Positions 1 through 9,672 are shown, counted from the first letter of the stretch. The stretch: DNA of 24,513 nt from a virus (IMGVR_UViG_3300049828_000319:1-24513), one strand, 5' to 3'. Numbers and translations: made by a program. The notes: generated from the letters alone by a model not told the origin.

Positions 1-17
1 CTCATAAGTAGTTATTT

Positions 18-47
18 GTGTGCAGCCATGCGCACCTCTTTTCTTTC
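18..47 (+). terminator. Possible intrinsic terminator
   Basis: GTGTGCA-GCCA-TGCGCAC stem (one G-U pair) followed by CTCTTTTCTTT. Confidence 0.35.
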
Positions 48-92
48 GTAATGATTTTGCAAAGTGAATCAACGTACTAACACAACGTTCCC

Positions 93-115
93 GAGGGCTG
101 ACCATATCAGCCCTC
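93..115 (+). terminator. Stem-loop (weak terminator or processing site)
   Basis: Perfect 9-bp stem GAGGGCTGA-CCATA-TCAGCCCTC followed by ATTTACTTT. Confidence 0.4.
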
Positions 116-146
116 ATTTACTTTGCAACAAAAAGGAGTTGGTATT

Positions 147-278
147 GTGCGTCGCTGGTTTACGTGGGTTGATGATATCGAACTTAACGGAGGGCATCTT
201 TTCGAATACGACGGGATTTTGTATCTACTCGACGGATTTGGGGTTGGTGGCTTTTGGGGGAGGGTTGTTGATGAGTAA
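147..278 (+). CDS. Small hypothetical protein (43 aa, MRRWFTWVDDIELNGG...GRVVDE), absent from the ORF track
   Basis: AAGGAG RBS at 133-138, GTG at 147, TAA at 276-278; overlaps the next start, suggesting translational coupling. Confidence 0.5.
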   Translation: MRRWFTWVDDIELNGGHLFEYDGILYLLDGFGVGGFWGRVVDE

Positions 279-456
279 GATGAAGGATTATGTTATTGAC
301 TTGATTAATGCCTATGACCTCGAGGCATTAACGCTAATTCAAGAGGCAGAAAATGAGGACAATCCGTCAAAACATCATAAAGCGTCCAAAAAATCAGAAA
401 AACTGCACATAGATATGACGCTCAGTAGGGGTGGTAAGAATGCCGACGAGGCCTAA
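271..456 (+). CDS. Small hypothetical protein (61 aa, MSKMKDYVIDL...)
   Basis: GGAGG about 8 nt before ATG 271; overlaps the HNH start; same frame as track ORF 64..456. Confidence 0.5.
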   Translation: MSKMKDYVIDLINAYDLEALTLIQEAENEDNPSKHHKASKKSEKLHIDMTLSRGGKNADEA

Positions 457-805
457 CCGGTTTTGTAGCGCGCCCGGGTGTCGCGAGATTGTGGCTGGGG
501 CGTATTGTGCAGCACATCAAAAAGACGCAGACAAGCGCAGGCGCGAGAGTTTCGATAAGCGTCGAGGGAGCGCAAGCTCTCGGGGGTATGATGCTCGCTG
601 GCAGAAAGTGCGACTCTTTAAACTCGCGAAAGATGGGCTGTGCGAAATGTGCGAAAAGCGCGGCGATATTAGCGCCGCTACGATGGTGCACCACATAAAA
701 CCAATCAGTGCGGGCGGGGATGCTCTCGCTTATGAAAATTTGATGAGTTTGTGTGAGAGCTGCCACGATGAAATTCACAGAAGGATGGTGCAAAATGGAA
801 GTTAA
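440..805 (+). CDS. HNH endonuclease (HK97 gp74-like, terminase-associated)
   Basis: N-terminal C-x4-C...YC-x2-H Zn motif, RGY.ARW, CEMC, VHHIKP...NLMSLCESCH; lies upstream of the terminase genes. Confidence 0.92.
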   Translation: MPTRPNRFCSAPGCREIVAGAYCAAHQKDADKRRRESFDKRRGSASSRGYDARWQKVRLFKLAKDGLCEMCEKRGDISAATMVHHIKPISAGGDALAYENLMSLCESCHDEIHRRMVQNGS

Positions 806-2108
806 GCAAGTGAACATTAATGAAATCACTCCATACGAGAAAAACCCGCGCAAAAATGCCGCAGCGGTCGATAAGGTTGCCGAATCGATTAAAGAGTTTG
901 GATTTAAACAGCCGATTGTCGTTGATGCTGCAGGCGTTATAATTGTTGGGCACACTCGATATAAGGCAGCACAGAAACTTGGAATCACTGAGGTTCCGGT
1001 CTTGTATGCTCGGGATTTGACTGATGCTCAAGTTAAGGCGTACCGTTTGGCCGATAACAAGACAAACGAGTATGCTGATTGGGATTTCGAACTTTTAGGC
1101 GAGGAATTCCTCGAACTAAAGGATGCGGGGTATGATTTAAACATGACGGCGTTTGACCCCTCTGAAATCAACCAAATTCTCAAGGGAGAGGTCACCGAGG
1201 ACAACTTTGACGTGGATGAGGCTGTTAAAGCCATAAAAGTTCCGAAGTCTAAGCCCGGCGACGTGTATTTGCTTGGGGCACACCGCTTAGTTTGTGGTGA
1301 TAGTACGAAACAATCCGATGTCGACCTGCTTATGGATGGGGCGCGTGCCGACATGATATTCACAGATCCGCCATACAACGTAAATTATGAGGGTGGGACG
1401 GGACTTAAAATTCAAAACGACTCGATGGATGACTCAAAATTTTATCAATTCCTCTATGACGCGTATGTATCTATGTTCAATACAGCCAAAGCTGGCGCGC
1501 CTATTTATGTCTGTCATGCTGATTCTGAAGGTGTTAATTTTAGAAAAGCGATGAAAGACGCGGGCTGGGAGCTCAAACAATGCATTATTTGGGTGAAAAA
1601 CTCGCTTGTTATGGGGCGACAAGACCACCACTGGCAGCATGAGCCGATACTTTATGGATGGAAACCCGGAAAATCGCATAAATGGTATGGCGGTCGCAAA
1701 CACTCCACCGTTATCAAGCCCGAACAGGGCATAAACATCAATAAAACCGCAGACGGGTATCAGCTATCGCTAACAAACGGCCTTGAACAGCTCGTTGTTA
1801 AGATACCGAGTTATGAGATTGTGGATTTGACCGACAGCTCGGGCACATCAATTTGGAATGTGGACAAACCTAAGAAAAACGGTGAACACCCAACTATGAA
1901 GCCCTTAAAACTTGTCGCAAAGGCCATAAATAATTCGAGTAAAGATGGCGACATAGTCGTCGACCTATTCGGGGGTTCCGGTTCGACTCTTATGGCTTGC
2001 GACCAGTTGGGGCGAAAATGTTACACAATGGAACTCGATCCCATTTATGTGGATGTTATCATCCAAAGATGGGAGGAATTTACAAATAAAAAGGCGGTGA
2101 GGCTATGA
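795..2108 (+). CDS. ParB-like N-terminal domain fused to N6-adenine/N4-cytosine DNA methyltransferase (beta-class motif order)
   Basis: PYEKNPRKN...SIKEFGFKQPIVVD...GHTR (ParB/Srx); HRLVCGDS, TDPPY (motif IV), HPTMKP, DLFGGSGSTL (motif I). Confidence 0.93.
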   Translation: MEVKQVNINEITPYEKNPRKNAAAVDKVAESIKEFGFKQPIVVDAAGVIIVGHTRYKAAQKLGITEVPVLYARDLTDAQVKAYRLADNKTNEYADWDFELLGEEFLELKDAGYDLNMTAFDPSEINQILKGEVTEDNFDVDEAVKAIKVPKSKPGDVYLLGAHRLVCGDSTKQSDVDLLMDGARADMIFTDPPYNVNYEGGTGLKIQNDSMDDSKFYQFLYDAYVSMFNTAKAGAPIYVCHADSEGVNFRKAMKDAGWELKQCIIWVKNSLVMGRQDHHWQHEPILYGWKPGKSHKWYGGRKHSTVIKPEQGININKTADGYQLSLTNGLEQLVVKIPSYEIVDLTDSSGTSIWNVDKPKKNGEHPTMKPLKLVAKAINNSSKDGDIVVDLFGGSGSTLMACDQLGRKCYTMELDPIYVDVIIQRWEEFTNKKAVRL

Positions 2109-2599
2109 AAGGTAGGAAACCCCATCCTTTTCAGATAATGGGCGCTACTAACGATAAGCAACACTTGAGTAAAGACACACTGGCTGCTAGAGAAAACAAA
2201 GAGCCTAAATGCAAATCGTCAAAACTCAAATGCCCCGCACGATTATCAGATGATGCTCGTAAAGAGTGGCGCAGGCTGGTGGCGCTTTATCGTGAAATCG
2301 ACCCGCCAATTATAACCGACCTTGATGTTAATGCTTTAGAAATCTATTGCGAAGCGCTGGTTACCTATCGTAAAGCGATGGAAATTGTTAAAAAATCCGG
2401 CGAAGTTATCAAAGGTGGCGACGGGGTTAAAACTAACCCATACTGGCGTATAGCGCGTGATTCTGCTGACCAGTGTCGGCAGCTGTCTGCTGTATTATTG
2501 CTTGATCCGGTATCTCGTGCGCGTGTCGGCCTTGCTAAATCCAAAGAGGACGAACTCGATCCTATGGCTGAGCTGTTGAAGAGACGGTCGGGTGGTTGA
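2105..2599 (+). CDS. terS: Terminase small subunit, P27 family
   Basis: CPARLSDDARKEWRRL...D.NALEIYC...KTNP...LDPVSRAR pattern; ATGA overlap with the MTase; directly precedes TerL. Confidence 0.92.
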   Translation: MKGRKPHPFQIMGATNDKQHLSKDTLAARENKEPKCKSSKLKCPARLSDDARKEWRRLVALYREIDPPIITDLDVNALEIYCEALVTYRKAMEIVKKSGEVIKGGDGVKTNPYWRIARDSADQCRQLSAVLLLDPVSRARVGLAKSKEDELDPMAELLKRRSGG

Positions 2600-4157
2600 T
2601 GTGAGGTTCGACAACGAGAAGGCGCTATTCGCTATTGATTTCATACAATTACTAAAGCACACAAAAGGTAAATTCCACGGTGACCCTTTTAAACTTCTTG
2701 GATGGCAGCACGAGGCGTTGTGGAACGTTTACGGCTCCGTAGATGCTAAAGGGTACCGACAATATCAATATCTTTATCTAGAAGTGCCAAAGAAAAACGG
2801 AAAGTCTGAACTGGCCGCCGGACTTGGTGTGTATCACACTTTCGGAGACGGTGAAATCAAGGGCGAAGTTTACGGCTGTGCGGCTGACCGTGCGCAGGCA
2901 TCCCTCGCGTTTGATGTTGCCGTCGACATGGTCGACCAGTGTGCTTTTCTAAAAAAGCGCTGCAAATACACGGCGTCAAAAAAGCGACTCGAGGACTTGG
3001 TAAGCGGAACATCGTATCAGGTGTTGTCGGCTGAAGCGTTCACGAAACACGGACTCAATATCAGCTGCTGCATTTTCGACGAGTTGCACGCCCAACCCAC
3101 ACGCGAATTGTGGGATGTAATGACCTTCGGTGCGGGGGACGCGAGAGCTCAACCGCTCTGGATTGTAATCACTACGGCGGGCGACGACCCAGATCGACTG
3201 AGTATTGGCTGGGAAGTGCACGAGTATGCTCGACGCGTGATAGCTGGCGAGGTTATTGACCCTCGATGGTATGCCAAGATTTACGGCGCGCCGGATGATG
3301 CAGATATATGGGATGAGGAAGTGTGGCTTGCTGCCAATCCTTCACTCGGACACACAATTGATATTGATAAAGTTAGACAAGCGGCGCTAACTGCGAGGAA
3401 CGATCCCGCGCAGGAGCGCCTTTTTCGTTGGTTGAGGCTTAATCAGTGGGTATCACTTAAGACTACGGGCTGGTTACCTCTAACCCTTTGGGATTCATCC
3501 GAGGGCGACTGGACACGAGCCGACCTTGTCGGTAAGAAATGTTATGCCGGGCTGGATTTGTCGTCTACAACAGACTTGACTGGATTAGTGCTACTTTTCC
3601 CGCCGCAGGACGGTGTGAAAGAGTGGCGCGCAATCTTTGAGGCGTGGATTCCAGAGGACAACATGAAAAGGCGCGTACATGAGGACAAGGTGCCTTATGA
3701 TAAATGGATTAAGGATAAACACATGGACGCAACGCCCGGAAATGTAATTGATTATGACTTCATCAAGGCTCGAATTTTGAGTCTATCCAAGCAATACAAA
3801 CTTGAGGCACTCGGCTCAGACCCGTGGAACGCAACGCAGTTGCTTGTAGACCTCGGAAAAGATGATATTAACGTCGTCGAGGCTCGACAGACCATTGCTT
3901 GTATGAGTCCTGCTATGAAGTTTTTCGAGAAAACGATTAAAAGCGGAGAATTCTCTCACGAACACCACCCACCAGCTCGTTGGTGCTTTGGAAACGTCAA
4001 CGTCATAGTGGATGGGAATGAGAATTTGAAGCCTAAAAAAGTAAGCAGAAAGGAACGCATGGACATAGCGATTGCGCTCATCAACGCGTTTTTCGTGGCC
4101 GAGAAGCTATACGTGCCCGACAACGTATACGAGATGCGCGGTATGCGTGCGTTATAG
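2592..4157 (+). CDS. terL: Terminase large subunit (start may be GTG 2601)
   Basis: Walker A VPKKNGKSE, Walker B IFDELH, ITTAG coupling motif, RNaseH-like GLDLSSTTDLT. Confidence 0.97.
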   Translation: MVDVRFDNEKALFAIDFIQLLKHTKGKFHGDPFKLLGWQHEALWNVYGSVDAKGYRQYQYLYLEVPKKNGKSELAAGLGVYHTFGDGEIKGEVYGCAADRAQASLAFDVAVDMVDQCAFLKKRCKYTASKKRLEDLVSGTSYQVLSAEAFTKHGLNISCCIFDELHAQPTRELWDVMTFGAGDARAQPLWIVITTAGDDPDRLSIGWEVHEYARRVIAGEVIDPRWYAKIYGAPDDADIWDEEVWLAANPSLGHTIDIDKVRQAALTARNDPAQERLFRWLRLNQWVSLKTTGWLPLTLWDSSEGDWTRADLVGKKCYAGLDLSSTTDLTGLVLLFPPQDGVKEWRAIFEAWIPEDNMKRRVHEDKVPYDKWIKDKHMDATPGNVIDYDFIKARILSLSKQYKLEALGSDPWNATQLLVDLGKDDINVVEARQTIACMSPAMKFFEKTIKSGEFSHEHHPPARWCFGNVNVIVDGNENLKPKKVSRKERMDIAIALINAFFVAEKLYVPDNVYEMRGMRAL

Positions 4158-4169
4158 GAGGTGACACTA

Positions 4170-5477
4170 TTGAATTTAAGAACACGTTTGAAGTTGGCGG
4201 GACAACTCCTACGCAACGACTGGAACAGTGAGATAAAAAAATTTTTTGCTGGGGATGACTCGGCGGCGGATGATGCAACGTTTAACCGTTTAAATTCTAT
4301 TAACACCATGATGAGTTCCGCACAATTTGCGGCCGTAAGGGTGTTAAATGAAACCATCGGGTCTTTGCCAATTATGACGTATATCAAGACGGCAAATGGC
4401 CGCGAGCCAACCACAAAAAACAACATTTATCAAATATTTCACGAAGCTCCGAATGAGGAGCTAACGTGTCAAGGATTGAAAGAAGCAGGCATGATGTCGC
4501 TAAACTTGGGCGGCAACGCGTTTTTTCAAAAAATAAAAAACAAGTATGGTGATATTATCGGCGTGGAACACATTGACTACTCGAAGGTTGTTATTGAGCG
4601 AAATCGCATAACTAAAAAACTCGAGTATAAAATTGAAAACAAAACCTACACGCGAAATGATATATTTCACATCCCTGCATTTTCTTACGACGGCGTTTGT
4701 GGGCTTACCCCACTCACGCAATGTGCCAGCACGATTCTTCTTGGAGTGCAATATGAAGAATATAACAAAAATTTCTATAAAAATGGCGCATTTACCTCTG
4801 GCACGGTTGAATTCCCAAATAAGTTTTCAGATGTGGCGTTTGAACGATTTAAGAAGGACTTTGAGTCAAATTATCGAGGCCTAATGAATGCTGGCAAGCC
4901 CATAATTCTTGAAGAGGGCGGGAAGTTTAACCCGATGAAGATGACGCAGGCCGACACACAATTCATGGAGGCTCGTAGGTTTCAACTCGAGGAGGTCGCG
5001 AGAATTTACCGCGTACCACTCACCCTACTCCAAGATTTCGGTCGCGCTACGTGGAACAACATGGAGCAGCAACAGCTATTTTTCGTAATGTTCACAATCC
5101 TGCCGCTGGTTAAGCGTTGGGAGGAAAACATCAAAACGCAGATAATGACTCCCGAACAGCGGACAGAAGGCATATATGTTGAGTTCCAACTCAATAACTT
5201 ACTCCGCGGCGACGCAAAAACGCGCGCAGAGCTTTATGCATCTGGACGTCAGAATGGGTGGTTGAGTGTAAATGATATCAGGAGGCTTGAAAATCTCAAC
5301 CCGATCGCCGGCGGCGACACATACATCCAACCACTCAACTACATAAATATCAATCAAGCTGACGACTATTATGCGGCTCATATGGAAAAGAGCAGCGGCT
5401 CGGCGCAAACAAAAGCAATTGCTAATGAAATATATAACATCCTTGAAAGAAAGGGAAAGGAGGGACTAGATGCCTAA
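4170..5477 (+). CDS. Portal protein, HK97 family
   Basis: GNAFF, DIFHIPAFSYDGVCGLTP, NAGKPIILEEG, QFMEARRF..EEVARIYRVP, LLRGD, SVNDIRRLENLNPIAGGD; the GGAGGTG RBS favours TTG at 4170. Confidence 0.95.
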   Translation: MNLRTRLKLAGQLLRNDWNSEIKKFFAGDDSAADDATFNRLNSINTMMSSAQFAAVRVLNETIGSLPIMTYIKTANGREPTTKNNIYQIFHEAPNEELTCQGLKEAGMMSLNLGGNAFFQKIKNKYGDIIGVEHIDYSKVVIERNRITKKLEYKIENKTYTRNDIFHIPAFSYDGVCGLTPLTQCASTILLGVQYEEYNKNFYKNGAFTSGTVEFPNKFSDVAFERFKKDFESNYRGLMNAGKPIILEEGGKFNPMKMTQADTQFMEARRFQLEEVARIYRVPLTLLQDFGRATWNNMEQQQLFFVMFTILPLVKRWEENIKTQIMTPEQRTEGIYVEFQLNNLLRGDAKTRAELYASGRQNGWLSVNDIRRLENLNPIAGGDTYIQPLNYININQADDYYAAHMEKSSGSAQTKAIANEIYNILERKGKEGLDA

Positions 5478-6225
5478 TAAATTTTATAAAATGACCGCAA
5501 AATCCACAGATGAAGCGGACATATCAATTTATGGCGAAATCGGGGATTCGATATGGGGCGGAGAGACGGTTTCCGCGTCAAACTTCAAAAAAGACCTTGA
5601 CGCTCTTGGGAATGTTTCGGTTTTGAACATAAACATTAACAGCCCGGGCGGGTCTGTGTTTGATGGGCTGGCAATATATAACATGTTAGCGCGCCATGCT
5701 GCTAAGAAGATTGTCACGATTGATGGTTTGGCTGCATCGGCTGCGTCGTTTATAGCGATGGCGGGCGATATAATAATCATGCCAAAGAATGCGTTTATGA
5801 TGATTCATCGCGCGTCTACGTGGGCTTGGGGCAACACTGACGACTTGGCAAAGGCCATAGAGCTCTTGCAAAGTATCGACAAGAACTTGGTTGACATTTA
5901 TGCCAAGCGTTGCAAGAAGCCAAAGAAAAAAGTTAAGGAAATGTTAGACGCTGAAACTTGGATGGACGGTACCGAAGCCGTGGAAATGGGGTTTGCTGAT
6001 AAATTAGAGAATGAGAAAAAGGTAGCCGCTTGTGTGGGCGATTTTTTTATGTCTAAATACCGCAACATCCCACAAAATTTAATTCCGCACACCGATCCAG
6101 ACCACGAACCTGAGCCAGAACCAGAGCTCGAAGATGGGGACACTCCCGAAGAAACAGCAGCCGATGGGCTGATGGACATATATAAAGCCAAAATTAAAAA
6201 CAATCTAAGGAGGTCAATCGCATGA
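5470..6225 (+). CDS. ClpP-family prohead maturation protease with an acidic/Pro-rich C-terminal tail
   Basis: INSPGGSVFDG, GLAASAAS (catalytic Ser), MMIH (His), ETW...EAVEMGFAD. Confidence 0.95.
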   Translation: MPNKFYKMTAKSTDEADISIYGEIGDSIWGGETVSASNFKKDLDALGNVSVLNININSPGGSVFDGLAIYNMLARHAAKKIVTIDGLAASAASFIAMAGDIIIMPKNAFMMIHRASTWAWGNTDDLAKAIELLQSIDKNLVDIYAKRCKKPKKKVKEMLDAETWMDGTEAVEMGFADKLENEKKVAACVGDFFMSKYRNIPQNLIPHTDPDHEPEPEPELEDGDTPEETAADGLMDIYKAKIKNNLRRSIA

Positions 6226-7523
6226 ACAAAAAATTAAGAGAGCTTTTAAACGCTCAAAACGCGCTTATTAATAAGGCGCTAAAAGAAAACCGCGCATTAA
6301 CTGATGAAGAAAACGCGGAAGTCGAAAGACTTGAGGGCGAGATTGAGGCTTGCAGGAAAAGGATCGAGCTCGAAGCAAAACTGAAGAAAAACACAGATGA
6401 AGAAGAAGAAATCGAAAAGGAAGAAAAGACACCGGTCACAGATAAGATTTTCGCACAGCCGAAAGCATCCAGCACTGGTATCAGACCCTTCAAGAACTTC
6501 GTTGAACAGCTGAAGGCTGTTAAGGACGCAGCTACTTCCGGCCGCGTGGACGAAAGACTCGCAAAGCTGAACACCGAATTCAAGAACGCGGCGCTCGGAA
6601 TGAATGAAGGCGTTGATTCTGACGGTGGATTTGCTGTGCAGGGCGACTTCGCAGGCATGCTCATGGAAACAGCAGCAACCGCTGGCAACATCTTACCACT
6701 CGTTGATAGCTATTCGATTTCTGGCGGTGCAAACAGAGTTGAGTGGAATGATCTTGACGAAACCGACGTATCAACAACTGTGTTTGGTGGCGTGCAGGTT
6801 TACTGGGCAGCAGAGGCTGCAGCTGTGAACGCGTCTGCTCCGAAACTTGTTGAAAGAGAGCTTAAGCTCGAGAAACTCATGGGCTTTGCTTATGACACAT
6901 ACGAGCTCAATGCCGATTCTTCTTTCGTTGACGGCCTTTATACGAAGGCGTTCACCGTTGGAATTCAGCGCACGCTTGAAGCTGCAATCATCGCAGGAAA
7001 CGGCGTGGGAAAACCTCTTGGATTCCAAGCTGGAAACAATGCGGTGTCTGTTGCTAAAGAGAGCGGCCAGTCTGCGGCTACTATTCTCTGGGAGAACATC
7101 GTTAAGATGTACAACAGGGCGCTCAACAAACAAAAGGGTATCTGGCTCATGCATCCTGACTGTTCAGAGCAGCTTGATTTCATGGCGTTCCCTCTCGGCG
7201 TGGGTGGAGTTCCTGTGTACTTGCAGGCATCTGCTGTTGGTTCTGTTCCTTCTTTGAAGGGTAGACCAATCGTTGAGTCTGATCATTGCGCGGCTCTTGG
7301 TACTGTTGGCGATATCAACTTTGTTGATTTGTCAGAGTACCTCTTAATCTACAAGGGCGGCATCGACATGGCAACATCCATGCACGTTCAGTTCTTGACA
7401 GCTCAGAACTGCTTCAGATTCATTTTCCGTGCGAACGGTATGCCTAAGAAGCGCAGTTCTTTGACAATCAAGAATTCAAGCAACACAAGAAGCTCTTTTG
7501 TTACTCTTGCAACCAGATCCTAA
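6222..7523 (+). CDS. Major capsid protein, HK97 fold with N-terminal coiled-coil delta domain
   Basis: Charged coiled-coil N-terminus, DGGFAV, YWAAEA, IIAGNGVGKPLG, LKGRPIVE, S.HVQF...FRFIFRANG; follows the protease. Confidence 0.95.
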   Translation: MNKKLRELLNAQNALINKALKENRALTDEENAEVERLEGEIEACRKRIELEAKLKKNTDEEEEIEKEEKTPVTDKIFAQPKASSTGIRPFKNFVEQLKAVKDAATSGRVDERLAKLNTEFKNAALGMNEGVDSDGGFAVQGDFAGMLMETAATAGNILPLVDSYSISGGANRVEWNDLDETDVSTTVFGGVQVYWAAEAAAVNASAPKLVERELKLEKLMGFAYDTYELNADSSFVDGLYTKAFTVGIQRTLEAAIIAGNGVGKPLGFQAGNNAVSVAKESGQSAATILWENIVKMYNRALNKQKGIWLMHPDCSEQLDFMAFPLGVGGVPVYLQASAVGSVPSLKGRPIVESDHCAALGTVGDINFVDLSEYLLIYKGGIDMATSMHVQFLTAQNCFRFIFRANGMPKKRSSLTIKNSSNTRSSFVTLATRS

Positions 7524-7554
7524 TTCTAATTAAATCTCAAGGAGGTATACACAC

Positions 7555-8037
7555 ATGTTTAGAACACTACCTGAAGCATATAAAGTTGTGCAGGGCATTC
7601 AGCCCAGAACAACAAACGGCGGATTCACTGGCTCATACGTCAGTCTTAAAAATGCGTTGAAGGTTTGGATCGTTGTAAACCTTACGCAGGCCGTTGGTCA
7701 TGCTACAACGTTGACCCCAACCCAAGCCAGCGCTGTTGCCGGAACTGGAGCTAAAGCTCTAACTAACAACGTCAACATTTGGGCTAACGAGGACACAGCT
7801 GCGAGCGATACTCTCGTTAAGCAAACCTCGGCAAAGAACTACTCCGTAACCGCGGACGTGAAAAACAAACAAGTCATTTTTGAAATCGACCCACACGGGC
7901 TCGATGTTGCAAATGATTTCGATTGCATCACTCTCGTTTGCGCCGACTCCAGTCAAGCGACAAACATTGCAAGCGTCACATACTTCATCGAACAGAAATA
8001 TAAAGAAGATGTGCCGCCTTCAGCTATCGCTAACTAA
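7555..8037 (+). CDS. Putative capsid decoration/cement protein (beta-rich)
   Basis: Strong AAGGAGG RBS, directly after the MCP, followed by a hairpin; beta-strand-like pattern rich in small residues. Confidence 0.65.
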   Translation: MFRTLPEAYKVVQGIQPRTTNGGFTGSYVSLKNALKVWIVVNLTQAVGHATTLTPTQASAVAGTGAKALTNNVNIWANEDTAASDTLVKQTSAKNYSVTADVKNKQVIFEIDPHGLDVANDFDCITLVCADSSQATNIASVTYFIEQKYKEDVPPSAIAN

Positions 8038-8038
8038 T

Positions 8039-8066
8039 AGAGGGCTTTTAAGCCCTCTCAACTTTT
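8039..8066 (+). terminator. Intergenic hairpin / partial terminator after the capsid genes
   Basis: AGAGGGCT-TTTA-AGCCCTCT followed by CAACTTTT. Confidence 0.5.
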
Positions 8067-8085
8067 AACGAGGAGGTATTTTGAA

Positions 8086-8646
8086 ATGAACAGAGACAAT
8101 CCGAATAACGTTTTAGGCGTAAACTCGGCCGACAATAACTTTGTCAGCGATCTTGTGTCGTCAAATGCTGACGGCTCAATTTTGGAGCGTTTGGAGTATA
8201 TACAGGCTACGGTTTTGCCGGGTAGAAGAACTGCTACAAAAACACTATCAACTATTGCTAATGGTAACACTACCCTATTTAATTTCACAGGGTCTGTTAG
8301 GATTACAAACATAATCGGTGTTGTTACAACGCTGATGCAAACAAAAACACAAAACACAAAGTTGAGTATCGTTGCCGATTCGTTGACGGCTGTTGATGTC
8401 TGCGCGAACGTTGACTTAACTGCCGCAGCTGTTGGGACACTACTCTCAATCACGGGTACCGCTGCCGACGCTATGGTAGCAAGTGCAAACGGCGCTATTG
8501 CTCCCGGACAAGCGGGCGGCATAGTTGCAACTTGCATAACTTCTGGGATCATTAAGATGGTTGCTGGAGCTGCCAACACAGGCGCTATAAAGTGGATCGT
8601 GCAATATGAGCCACTGACCTCCGACGGAGCTATAACAGCAGCATAA
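8086..8646 (+). CDS. Putative head-associated structural protein
   Basis: GAGGAGG RBS; short helical N-terminus (ADGSILERLEYIQ) followed by a Thr/Ala/Gly-rich beta domain; located in the head module. Confidence 0.6.
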   Translation: MNRDNPNNVLGVNSADNNFVSDLVSSNADGSILERLEYIQATVLPGRRTATKTLSTIANGNTTLFNFTGSVRITNIIGVVTTLMQTKTQNTKLSIVADSLTAVDVCANVDLTAAAVGTLLSITGTAADAMVASANGAIAPGQAGGIVATCITSGIIKMVAGAANTGAIKWIVQYEPLTSDGAITAA

Positions 8647-8657
8647 CAAGCGAAAGG

Positions 8658-8686
8658 ACGAGGGCGAACAGCCCTCGTTAATTTTT
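8658..8686 (+). terminator. Intergenic hairpin / partial terminator
   Basis: ACGAGGGC-GAACA-GCCCTCGT followed by TAATTTTT. Confidence 0.5.
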
Positions 8687-8703
8687 GAGAGGATGGTGAT
8701 AGA

Positions 8704-9672
8704 ATGGCTATAAAATTGGTGAAAACAATTCAAGGTTATATCGGGACAGCAGCTGAACGCATAGCTATGAATACTACGTCCGTATTTGCAGGCTCAACTT
8801 TTGAAGAGTCAGATACTGGATTGAAATATAAATGGGATGGGTCTGCGTGGTTTACATCATCCGAGGAGTCGTTGACACTTGCAGCGGGAACAAATGTTGT
8901 CGGCAAATTTGGCATTGACCAATCAACACCGGGAACAACGAACGGTATTTCCGGCACAAGGAAAAATGACAGTTCCGACACCGCAGCAGGACAGTTTCAT
9001 ATGACGATAGGTGGTAGCGACGGAACTAATCTAAGACCGTTATTACTTGATGCTTTAGGGAAAATATTACTTGGAGCCGGAACAAACGTAATCGGAAAAG
9101 TTGGTATGCAGGTTGGCGGCGCAGATTTAGATGGAGCGCATCAGCTACCGACAAACGTCACCGAACTAGAAGTATCGTGCGTTATAACAAGAGCCGCCAA
9201 TACTACACAGTACACGCAAAACGCCATCATCAACGGAAATGGTGCCTCGGTATTGCCGGAGCTAGATTTTAGCACAGCATATGGCTCAAGTTTGGCGGGA
9301 CGAAAAATACAGATTAATAGTATAATGATTAATTCCGACTATGGCGCAGCTTCAACAAAGTTGGTTCCAGAGGTTATACTCTATAACGCCAACACGCTAA
9401 CTGGTCAGACGTTAACAGACAACACAGCGTTTAATCCGACAGCGGCGCAGCATATTCTCAAAAAGGCCGCAAGCTTTAGCAAGCAAGAAAACTGGCAATT
9501 GGGCGATTTTGCTTATGGCAATTTCTACGAAATGCGATTAACGGAAATAGTTAGAAATGCAACCCTAGACGCAAACGGCAAGTTATACCCTTCTGTGATT
9601 GCTACTAACGCATACACTCCAAAATCAGGCGAGGTTATAACGCTTACAGTCAAAGCCTACGTGTTGAATTAA
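8704..9672 (+). CDS. Putative head fibre/spike protein
   Basis: N-terminal fibre-type motif DTGLKYKWDGSAW, two L-x-AGTNV-x-GK-x-G repeats, C-terminal beta-sandwich-like domain. Confidence 0.55.
   Translation: MAIKLVKTIQGYIGTAAERIAMNTTSVFAGSTFEESDTGLKYKWDGSAWFTSSEESLTLAAGTNVVGKFGIDQSTPGTTNGISGTRKNDSSDTAAGQFHMTIGGSDGTNLRPLLLDALGKILLGAGTNVIGKVGMQVGGADLDGAHQLPTNVTELEVSCVITRAANTTQYTQNAIINGNGASVLPELDFSTAYGSSLAGRKIQINSIMINSDYGAASTKLVPEVILYNANTLTGQTLTDNTAFNPTAAQHILKKAASFSKQENWQLGDFAYGNFYEMRLTEIVRNATLDANGKLYPSVIATNAYTPKSGEVITLTVKAYVLN

Noticed and set aside
64-270. 130-aa ORF 64..456 with a long N-terminal extension
   Set aside because: No RBS at 64 and it runs through a hairpin; better explained as ORF 147-278 plus a start at 271.
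2592-4157. Intein or intron in the terminase large subunit
   Set aside because: Normal length (about 520 aa), contiguous motifs and no intein splice-junction residues.
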